A stretch of 64,000 nucleotides of DNA, from contig OX337234.1 of assembly GCA_946965045.2 (NCBI GenBank), positions 992,001 through 1,056,000 on the forward strand. Direction: 5' to 3'. The first letter of the stretch is position 1. Each line of letters starts with the position of its first letter. The notes beneath the pieces are model-generated. The model searched no databases and had not been told where the DNA came from. It was given only the letters and a program-made list of their open reading frames with translations. The position numbers and the translations under genes are program-made. The stretch is from Epithemia pelagica (taxonomy: Eukaryota > Protista > Bacillariophyta). Positions 12,765 to 21,890 of this stretch are shown in pieces.

Positions 12765-13313
12765 TCAAGTCGCTCGTGCAACTAACTGTTCACATGCCTT
12801 GTTTTGGTTCCCCGCAATCTCCAGCTCCTGGCCATGCATCATCCATTCCTTGGTATCAGGTCCGATAGCAGCATTCAGCGCCTTCTTGGCAGATTTTGTA
12901 TTGGATTCTGCCTCTTTGCATTGCTTTCCGAAATCCTTCGACGACTGGACATATATCGTTTCAAACCAAGACCGGACATGCGCACGAACACGGACATGGA
13001 AAATGCCTGCGATACACATGTCCAGCACCTGTGAACTGTTGGACGACAGCCTGGCACCATTCATCCACATGAAAAACGAGGCAATCGCCTGTGGAGTGAC
13101 CGAATTCGAGAGTAACAAAAAAATGCGTTGTTGTTTCCCCCATTGTCCACACATGTACAAGCCCCCCACGGACATTCCCACGAGCATCAACAGGAACATG
13201 CGCAACGCCATCTTCCGGATCAGGTTCGTGTGCATGTCCGTGAGGGATGGGCAAGTGACAACAACAAGGAAAACAAATTGGTCCACCAAATATTTGAATA
13301 TTCTGAGGAACAA
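12765..13313 (-). CDS. Hypothetical small membrane protein within degenerate repeated segments (possibly a pseudogene)
   Basis: 182-aa ORF with hydrophobic N-terminal half; related sequence recurs near 12540-12612, 13500-13580 and 22940-23035. Confidence 0.35.
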   Translation of the reverse strand: MFLRIFKYLVDQFVFLVVVTCPSLTDMHTNLIRKMALRMFLLMLVGMSVGGLYMCGQWGKQQRIFLLLSNSVTPQAIASFFMWMNGARLSSNSSQVLDMCIAGIFHVRVRAHVRSWFETIYVQSSKDFGKQCKEAESNTKSAKKALNAAIGPDTKEWMMHGQELEIAGNQNKACEQLVARAT

Positions 13314-14398
13314 GAATGAAAGAAAGAAAGCAAGTTAATCCCTGCATTGTCTGTCCTGTGTACAGCATATCAAGCCCCGGCACTCACCTGCTCCTGCATT
13401 TCAACAACAAGGGCGACAACACCATCAATGACACATGTTATCGCACCAACACCAACAACCAGCTCGCTGAAAAGATACGACATTAGGCGAGAAAGATCGC
13501 GACAGGCATGTTCACCAACATGATCATGGACAGGTAGGAACACGTGACAATGAGCAGGTTCACGTGATGAATGTGTGTAAGGCGGTAGTGCATGGATACT
13601 GTGTAACAACAACAACAACAACAAGTTGTGGAGATAGCAAAAATAATGAGATGGCATCGTTCCACCACCGTGCCTCAGCATAGTACGCGGTTTCATGGAT
13701 CTGCTGCTTCAGAGAGACCGGATTATGCATCCTCACTTGATATCTTTGGTATGATGCCAGTCGTGCGAATTGGGATACCACGTACCCCTTCTCACATGGC
13801 TCCTGCCTCCTCATTACGAGCAGCTACACTCCCAACGCACGCGCGAGCCTCGCCAGCGACCAATCTCCACCATCTCAGAAACCCAAAATTCACTATACCC
13901 TTAATTAGTGGAAGAGTTTTTCCATTAAATGTAAGACCCCGAGCATCCGATTTTTGACCAAAACCATCCGAGCCAACTTAGGACGCCTTAACGACAGCAA
14001 TGCCCAACCTCCGACTCTGATGTAAGTATCCAATTCACTTGAGAAATAACAACTCTAGTGCACTGTATAGTTAGATCAGCATCAGCGCACCTTCATCGAT
14101 GCTCAATTACGCTCCCAAAAGCGCCCTTGTCTGAGACACCAAAATATGAGGGAGATGCACTACTGACACTCGGCTCACTCGATCGCCCACCCTACGGAAC
14201 ATTTTTTATATACGTAATTGTATAGAGCATAACAATCGAGTCGCAGGTTATTCGTCGTTCAATCATCCATTTCAAAGTTTGGGCCTCTCTTCCGAAAGGA
14301 GCATCCGATGACTCCAACATGCCCAATCGAGCAATGTATCATGGATTACTCCTCCATCTCTGCACAGATCAGCAACCCCCGTTGCTGAAGTTGACTTC

Positions 14399-17300
14399 AT
14401 GTACAGAAGGATCCTTTGGCAAGCCTGTTTTTTGTTTCATCCAATGGACGAGAAGAAACCTCCTCCTATCCGCCGTTCAGACCGGCAAATTCAGCTTCTC
14501 CCCCCTTCACCGAACCAACAAACTCGATCCACTCGTCTCAAGAAAGGTGTGTCGGTGGAACAAAGCTTCAATGAACGCGAACGAATCGCCCGCATTTGCA
14601 GAAATTTTCGGAAGGAAGAGTTTAAGCCTTGTTCGGTGTTCGGACAAGATCGAGTTGCTAGGTTTCGTGGTGGTTTCTTCTTCTGTGGCAATTGTACGAT
14701 GGCTGAAAATCAAGAACTTGCCAACCCTGACCGAGAGATCAACCGTTTCTCTGGTCAATACAAGTGCAGAGCCCGTCATCGAACGACTCTTTACCCTACG
14801 GATCGTATGATAGACGAGAGAGAGAGAGAGAAAGAAAAGAAGAAAAGGAAACAGTCTGCCATGAAGACAGCTCCCATCCAACCCGTCACTGAGCTGTCGA
14901 CGACCGTCAATCTAGACAAGGATGACGTTCCTCTCGAAGTTCCTGTACCAAAGAAGAAACGCAAACCCAAGTTTCGATTGAGTACTCGTCGTAAAAAGAG
15001 TCGCAAAACCGAGCCTCCTGTTGTCTCGTACCAAAATGAGGGTGAATCATCTGCCACGGAAACTCAATCGAAGCAAAGTTCTTTTGAGTCGGAAAACAAA
15101 CCAAACCAAGTTCCTTCCGAGTCTGAAAACCAATCCACAACAGAATCGCAATCCAAGCAAACTTCTGTCGGGTCCGACAACGAACCTGCAACTCAATCCA
15201 AGCAAGCGCATTCCGACTCCGACAAACAAGCTGACGTTGATGAAGATTCTTCTTCTGATTCATCCGACGAAGAAGTTATACAATTCCTAGATCATTGGTG
15301 TCAAACTGACCCTATTGATTTAACCAAGACTGTTTCCCCCTGTTGTGGCTCGCCCCCTCCGCCTTTGCCTGTCACGACGTCGCAGAATACGGAAGGCCAA
15401 GAGAACTTCGCTGCACCAGTTCCGTGTCCTCCTAGCATCTTACCGTCACAAATGTTCGCAGTAGCTGAGATGACCGACCAAATTGCCACTCTCCGTGACA
15501 AATTAGAGAAGGCGAACAACGACAAAGTCCGCCTCCAACGTCTTCTTGCGTCGGAAAGGAAGAACAGCAAGTCTCGGTACGACCGAATCCGATATCTCGA
15601 GAGAATTCTCGCCAGTCGACAAGAAAGTAAGAAACTCATGCATGTTCCCACAACATGTTCAAAAAAAGAGAACGCGGACACAATCGTTCTGCATGTCAGG
15701 GATGTCATCGAAGAGGCCGTTAGCCGACATGGTACCGACAGTCATCGCGCTACAACATTCTTCAATCAACTGGCCTTGATGCTCATTTATGGTGGCGTCC
15801 ATCACAACCAGTTAAGAGACTGCATTGTGAAGCAAGTTGGCAAATATTTGCGCGCCAATGTATTCACCCTGTTTGAAATTCTCCGGCAAATGGACTTGGC
15901 TGATGGTCGCTTGAGTTACTCTGGAGTGGAGGTGTTACGACGATGCAAGACGAAAGGCGCCAAAGGGATACACACCATCCTTCCTTCGGCCGCAGCATTA
16001 AAGGCGTATGCATCACATGTGGAAGCATATGCTGACACATTCATCCCCTTCAAGATGATCCGCAACTTGAAAGACCATTCTGAGGGCTTCTTTTTCCGCG
16101 GAGCGGACATGATGACCCATGTCCTCGAGACCCAAGACATGATCGCAAACGAGGCCCAAGAATCCAACCGAACGGTGTCGATGTCGATGGACGCCGCGAG
16201 ATTGAGTAACAATTTGACTCACACCCTTGGCGGCTTCAAATTCAACGATGAAAGCAACCCTCTAAAACAGTCTTTAATGGCTGTTTACCCCCAGGTTTGC
16301 ATACTTTGCAAGGAAACCAAGGCTACGACTCGTGGCATTTTCGCCATGATGCATAAGGAAAACAAGGAAGCAGGCGATACAGTGCTTCCGTCAGAATACG
16401 GGGTTGAGAAGATAAGCACTCCCTTCGATTCAGACATGTGTTCCGATTGGAAACTGTCTGACAAGGGAGGTGCCGCCAAGAATGTTACGTACCCATGTAG
16501 TAAATGCAACATCACCAGTGCGCATCTCGCCTCTCCAAACGCCGCCATGGAGCAGTGTAAATGGTGTATTGAGCTTGGCTACACCGAATTAGAGGACTGG
16601 AACTGCTACCATTCCTCTATGTGTACCGAGGAATTCATCGGTAAACTCGAGGTGGATGTGAAACAATTCAAGAAAGAGATGCCAACGATCTCTAAGAAAC
16701 TTGAATCTTTGTGGAAAAAGTCCAAGATCAAAGTTGATCGGACCGAAGACCCGAGACTCAGTGCCACTCCAATCGAAAAGACTGCATTGACATCGATTCA
16801 TTTCGACATAGCCGCGGCCACAATCGAACGTCGTCGAATGTACTCTGAACATTTGTCGGACGACCTTAAAATACGCCATATGGATCTGTCCGGAACAATG
16901 CAGGAACAACAAGACAGACTCAAGCATCAGCTCTCTCGAGAATGGTCCTATCTCGATGCCAAGGACTGCGTTGACAAGTTTGGTGCTGCGTCGGTGACTC
17001 CTGGCATTGTGATGGTCATGGAGTCAATTCCATGCATTCTTCACATGGAAATGCGTGTCGGAATCAAGATACTAACCATCTTGTTCCAAGTGGGTTTGAT
17101 GAACGCGAAAAACAACCGACTGGATTGGATTCCCAAAACGCAAAGGACGTCCTTGAAGAAGAAATGCGATGCGTTCATCAAGCGTGTCGGAGCAACAATC
17201 AACAAAGAGATCCTAGCCACAACAGATCTCTCCTTTCAATGGGAGGTGCCCATGGACAAGAAAACAAAGACCATCACAGAGGTCTCCATGAAGAATGGGC

Positions 17301-18013
17301 AAATCCGCAAGTGTATCAAGTCCATCGACCTGCTAATTGATCTATGTATCGCGAAAAAACACGACAATACAACATGGAAAACGAGCATGGAAGAGTACAG
17401 TTTGGGAATGGATCTCGTGAAAAGGAAGGGTGATTTGTCGCGAGAGGAAGTATTGCAATTCCAGCGACATATGGATTCCTTCTTTCAGAAATGGGTCATG
17501 CTCTATGGGGACGAGGGAGTGACGAATTACGTCCACTATCTCGGTTCTGGCCACATTGCCGAGTACCTTCTTCATTGGGGCAACATCAGCTCGCATTCCC
17601 AACAGGGATGGGAGGCCTTCAATGCTGCATTCAAGTCATTCTTCTACAACAGAACACAACGTGGTGGGGCTGTAAGCAAAGGTGAAGGCGAACGAACAAG
17701 ACTCAAGCCAATGGCACGGTGGTTGCAGCGACGAATGGTGTTTATGTTAGGACACACACCGAAATCAATCGACGTTGGCTTGGAGTTGTTTGATGAGAAA
17801 CAGGAAAAGTGGTTACAAACCTGGGTGAAGAAGAATGGTGGAACAGTGGAATTCGGTCAATTCACATCGGATGAGCACGGTGATATAGACGACGCGACAA
17901 AGAAGGAAGTCATTTTTGACTGGGAAGTAGGACCCATCTCCAACAAGTTGAAAGAATCGACTTCGTCAGATGACGATGACGAAACTGATTATGACGACGA
18001 CGAAAGTATGTAG
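14399..18013 (+). CDS. DDE transposase, RAG1/Transib-like
   Basis: Motifs in RAG1/Transib order: SMDAARL (D), YPQVCILCKET, FDSDM (D), YPCSKC, CILHMEMR, VTNYVHYLGSGH (cf. RAG1 ITNYFHKTLAH), SQQGWEAFN (E). Confidence 0.8.
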   Translation: MYRRILWQACFLFHPMDEKKPPPIRRSDRQIQLLPPSPNQQTRSTRLKKGVSVEQSFNERERIARICRNFRKEEFKPCSVFGQDRVARFRGGFFFCGNCTMAENQELANPDREINRFSGQYKCRARHRTTLYPTDRMIDEREREKEKKKRKQSAMKTAPIQPVTELSTTVNLDKDDVPLEVPVPKKKRKPKFRLSTRRKKSRKTEPPVVSYQNEGESSATETQSKQSSFESENKPNQVPSESENQSTTESQSKQTSVGSDNEPATQSKQAHSDSDKQADVDEDSSSDSSDEEVIQFLDHWCQTDPIDLTKTVSPCCGSPPPPLPVTTSQNTEGQENFAAPVPCPPSILPSQMFAVAEMTDQIATLRDKLEKANNDKVRLQRLLASERKNSKSRYDRIRYLERILASRQESKKLMHVPTTCSKKENADTIVLHVRDVIEEAVSRHGTDSHRATTFFNQLALMLIYGGVHHNQLRDCIVKQVGKYLRANVFTLFEILRQMDLADGRLSYSGVEVLRRCKTKGAKGIHTILPSAAALKAYASHVEAYADTFIPFKMIRNLKDHSEGFFFRGADMMTHVLETQDMIANEAQESNRTVSMSMDAARLSNNLTHTLGGFKFNDESNPLKQSLMAVYPQVCILCKETKATTRGIFAMMHKENKEAGDTVLPSEYGVEKISTPFDSDMCSDWKLSDKGGAAKNVTYPCSKCNITSAHLASPNAAMEQCKWCIELGYTELEDWNCYHSSMCTEEFIGKLEVDVKQFKKEMPTISKKLESLWKKSKIKVDRTEDPRLSATPIEKTALTSIHFDIAAATIERRRMYSEHLSDDLKIRHMDLSGTMQEQQDRLKHQLSREWSYLDAKDCVDKFGAASVTPGIVMVMESIPCILHMEMRVGIKILTILFQVGLMNAKNNRLDWIPKTQRTSLKKKCDAFIKRVGATINKEILATTDLSFQWEVPMDKKTKTITEVSMKNGQIRKCIKSIDLLIDLCIAKKHDNTTWKTSMEEYSLGMDLVKRKGDLSREEVLQFQRHMDSFFQKWVMLYGDEGVTNYVHYLGSGHIAEYLLHWGNISSHSQQGWEAFNAAFKSFFYNRTQRGGAVSKGEGERTRLKPMARWLQRRMVFMLGHTPKSIDVGLELFDEKQEKWLQTWVKKNGGTVEFGQFTSDEHGDIDDATKKEVIFDWEVGPISNKLKESTSSDDDDETDYDDDESM

Positions 18014-18050
18014 GTTTGATATACAGAACTATAAGATTCAATTCTGATTA

Positions 18051-19772
18051 CTACGAGAAGCTCTTGACTTTCTCGGTCAAGTCTTCAATGTCATCCGTAA
18101 AAGCCAATGGCTGGCATTCCTCGTCGAGATCCTTGTCGTACAATGCTCCAGCAGTAACCATCGAAGTATAGGTCACTTTGTTCGTAGGTTCAACTCGACC
18201 AACAAGATCGAGGTAGACTCTTGCGGGAAAGTTTTCTCCTGGCGAGTGAAAGAGAGAGTAGTTCTTCTTGTCTCGAAAGATGTTGCGAGACACATCGCAG
18301 GGTGGAATGGTGCACATAATCTCGTATTCAGAGCCATCTTGAAAGAACTTATCACCAACGACTGGCATGTTGCTGACATGCTTGTGGGTCGTTGTCTCTT
18401 GTTGTGTTACAATGGATCCGTCGTCACTCGGGCGGGGGGGGGGGGGGGGGGGGGGGGAAGATACACGACGAGGTTTTTGACTCACAGGGGACAGAGTTGT
18501 GGAATTCGGACTATCACTGAATTCGGACGAGTCATCGGTGGAGTCGTTATCATTGATGTTGTCTACGGCGACGGGCTTGGATGCAGGTGGCATTAGACCA
18601 TCGAAATCATCCGGATCGTAGGGTGTCACCATAAGGAGACTCGTGAGGTGCTTCGATTCTGGGGTGGTTCGTAGAATGCCTGACCGCGTCATGTCGTAAC
18701 GGTATCGCTCGAATGCGACAGTCAACTGGACTTGGAAGTTCGAAAAAGAAACATCCACACGTTGTCTGCACGATCGTTTCTTGAAAGGTTCTTCAACAGG
18801 GTCAGTCGAGGCATTGATGAAAGAAAGGAAATGCCCCCTTTTCAGAGAAATGCCCGCATCCCCATGCTTCAATGTAGGACGAGCTTCACAGGAACCGTAT
18901 ACCGCGCTCAAACCAACCAAACGCCGCAAAATGTCAATGTCTTGGGGGGTTTGGAAGCGGATAGTACCGGCTTCGTACTTCATCCGTAACTTCTTACGGG
19001 TCATGTCCGGTTCGAGGTGGAGGAAGCTTTCGTTCCTGTCCTGTTTATGGCAAAAAAGGGATGGTTCGTTAGAGTTCGCTAACACGTAAATGTAATTGAA
19101 CGTTTCCATAGGAATTGCACCAATGTTCAATGTCTGAGTGTCAAGGGCCTCTGACTGCCGGCCGCGTTTGTTGAGGATTTTAGCGAGACCCTTGCGCAAC
19201 AGAAACAATCCTGTCCACACATTGCGGTGAAAGCATCTAGGGGGGACGACGAGTTCGAAGGGGTTGTTCTCGGGACGATAGTTCATAGGGAAGCAGCAAA
19301 TTTCGTTGGGCTGCAAGGGGACGAGAGATCGATTGGGTGGGTCTTGAAGTAAGCTTGCAGGTTCCTTGTATCGGCATATGTAAACGTTGGTGAGACCGTT
19401 TGCCCAACTATTAGCAGGATCGATGAACTCCTCCAAGGTAAAAACAAACGCCAGGTATCTGATCTTGATATTCTGTCTGAAAAGATCGTGCGCAGGAAAC
19501 CAACGGTTGGACTTGTATAGTTCAATGTGATTCGAACCAGGGCCCTCGGTCACCTTGGAGAATGAGTGAGAGGGAACGGATGGGTGGCATTCGAGGTTGT
19601 GCTTTGGGAATAGCGGGTAGTAAAGTCGCAGACACACTGCTCCCTGGTGTTTAATCAATTGACAAACAGTTGTTGTGTTGTTGTCTTGATCGGAAAGCTT
19701 GACGTGCATAAAGGTGTTCACACGAAATACATCGTCAAAGTGAGGGACATAGATGGGCCCTTCTTGCGGCAT
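18051..19772 (-). CDS. Transposon-borne protein of unknown function (573 aa)
   Basis: Long intact ORF inside the TIRs, tail-to-tail with the transposase with 37 bp between the stop codons. Confidence 0.75.
   Translation of the reverse strand: MPQEGPIYVPHFDDVFRVNTFMHVKLSDQDNNTTTVCQLIKHQGAVCLRLYYPLFPKHNLECHPSVPSHSFSKVTEGPGSNHIELYKSNRWFPAHDLFRQNIKIRYLAFVFTLEEFIDPANSWANGLTNVYICRYKEPASLLQDPPNRSLVPLQPNEICCFPMNYRPENNPFELVVPPRCFHRNVWTGLFLLRKGLAKILNKRGRQSEALDTQTLNIGAIPMETFNYIYVLANSNEPSLFCHKQDRNESFLHLEPDMTRKKLRMKYEAGTIRFQTPQDIDILRRLVGLSAVYGSCEARPTLKHGDAGISLKRGHFLSFINASTDPVEEPFKKRSCRQRVDVSFSNFQVQLTVAFERYRYDMTRSGILRTTPESKHLTSLLMVTPYDPDDFDGLMPPASKPVAVDNINDNDSTDDSSEFSDSPNSTTLSPVSQKPRRVSSPPPPPPPRPSDDGSIVTQQETTTHKHVSNMPVVGDKFFQDGSEYEIMCTIPPCDVSRNIFRDKKNYSLFHSPGENFPARVYLDLVGRVEPTNKVTYTSMVTAGALYDKDLDEECQPLAFTDDIEDLTEKVKSFS
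18434..18457 (+). repeat. G24 homopolymer encoding poly-Pro on the minus strand
   Basis: 24 consecutive G; reading frame preserved. Confidence 0.9.
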
Positions 19773-19923
19773 GATGGCACCTTAGCATCAGCGATTGTTT
19801 GATTGTTCTTGTGTTGTAATTGGAACAAGTGTGGCTTGATTCAGGTCAGCTGTTGTCTTGGTATCGTTGTTCAATGGACAAGAGTAACACATTGGCATGC
19901 ATCGTCCAATGGCTCTTGTAGAT

Positions 19924-21241
19924 CCCTCGGTATCAGTGTCCACTGCTTAGCTGCTTTTTGTCTGTGCCACCTTCACAGGTTCCCAGGTGGACACAGACAG
20001 CATTTTTCGTTTTTCGTCTGTCTGTCTAACTATTAAAATTCCTCAGGGTTGAAGCAAGGCCAGCGTGCAAATGACAGTTGACGGTTGGTGGTTGTCCTCG
20101 CCGGGTCACCACGATTCAAATTTGGGCATCCATCATCATCTCGACACCTGTCACAAAAACCCAAAACCGAGCCAAATGCTTGACCATGACGTGGGTGAGT
20201 ACTTATCTTGTTGTCTCTTTTCCCTTTTTCTCACGCATCACTGCTGCAGCTGTCTTTCCTATTGTTCTTGCATGATCCTTTACTTTTGTCTCATTTCGTA
20301 CGAGTCGATGACAAGCCGCCAGATGTCAACTGGAATATCTTTTCCTCGCCGAAATTGTTTGTTGTTTGATTGTTTTTTGGCTACTGTCATATGCTCTATA
20401 GGATAGATTATTCTCTCTCGTCTCTCATCATAGCGTCATTCTCAATCATTTCTCAACGATGTTGTTTTTGCATCAAATAGATGGGAAGCCATCTTGCCAC
20501 ACCCTACTGACCAATTATCATATCCTACCTAGGTAGGTAGTCGACACAGAGTGCTCAAAGTGAGCGGTACAAGCTTGTGAGAGCTGTTCTGTTGTGTTTT
20601 CATAGCGAAACTGAGGGTCATCGCCGTGCTCACAACAAAGAACAAAGCTGCAACGAATTCACAAGGCTCAAAAGTCTCATGGATGACAAGCACTGGCGTT
20701 CTACTACTAGTAAATAAACAAAAGAATATCTAGAGTATAGAGTTTTTTTAATGCAATCAAAGTTATGGCGCTCAGCAAAAACCAGTCATTTCTGTTCGAC
20801 AAGAATGAACAATAAGAGTAATGAGCTGCCCAGCGACTAAACAGATGAGTAGCGTCTCCCACGAGCAGAGCAAACAAAAGTGGCAATTGGTAGTGAGCAT
20901 GAGTGATGTCATTGACAACATGGCAATTGGCAATGGATCAAGCTCACCTGGAAAGCCAGTAACATTCGTAAGCAGTAAGTACGATGTGCTTTGGCAAAAG
21001 AAAAAAGAATTGTGAGCTTGCCCCGAATTATGCAACAACCAACCGTCATCCACGCAGGGGACGCTTGCTGGGCTTGCGTCCGTTTCAAACGTCGAAAAGT
21101 TCAGCTGGGCATGCGTGCCAATTTGCAATTTGATAATTTCTATTTGCATCAAAAGCGAAAAATGCTGTCTGTGTCCACTTGGGAACCTGTGAAGGTGGCA
21201 CAGACAAAAAACAGCTAAGCAGTGGACACTGATACCGAGGG
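19924..21241. repeat. About 90-bp inverted repeat pair (19924-20013 and 21151-21241)
   Basis: ccctcggtatcagtgtccactgcttagctg...cagcatttttcg recurs as its reverse complement with about 3 mismatches. Confidence 0.9.
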
Positions 21242-21630
21242 TTCAACTTCCGAATGGTTACTACCAGTCAAGAATGTGAAAGAGATCGAGACATGTCATT
21301 TCGGAATTTAATAAATCGTTAAGAAATTAGAATTGTCCGAATGGGATTGATTGTCTGCTCTATTTATGGGCGCGTGCCAATCACTGGTGGGGAGGGCATG
21401 CTCGTTTTGGGCCAAAAGGCACGTGTGAGTGAAAAAGTTGGGAGTGGAGCTGCTCGAAATGTGCAACTTCCGGTAACTACCCTTGAGTCCCGTATCCGCT
21501 AGCAATACCCAGTGGATAAGACCAAGAACTTCTTCGACAAAGGATCGATATTAATCCAAAATACGTATTATAAAACCATAGAGTATGGTTTTCCAATCTC
21601 TAGTATGGAACAAACGGGAATGTCGTGAGG

Positions 21631-21890
21631 GATGTCGTTTGATGTCGTTTGATGTCGTTTGATGTCGTTTGATGTCGTTTGATGTCGTTTCGGGCTCGCG
21701 CGGAAACATGGTTTGAGTCAAAATCAAGCGGTGCTCATCTGGGCCTTTTGAAATGTCTTTCGCCATGGGCCTAACTTCAGTCAGTCGTGTTTTTTCTGTT
21801 GAATAATACGAACTGCTGGAGAGTAGAGCTTCTTTTGGCGATAAAAACATCAAAAGACATCAAACGACATCAAACGACATAAACGACATC
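21631..21890. repeat. Tandem 10-mer GATGTCGTTT x6 (21631-21690) facing an inverted degenerate array of AAACGACATC (about 21852-21890)
   Basis: Read directly from the sequence. Confidence 0.9.

Noticed and set aside
18051-19772. ORF2 as RAG2
   Set aside because: No recognisable kelch repeats or PHD finger; only the gene arrangement is similar.
21631-21690. Regular repeats as a possible CRISPR array
   Set aside because: Units are adjacent 10-mers with no spacers, and there are no cas genes.
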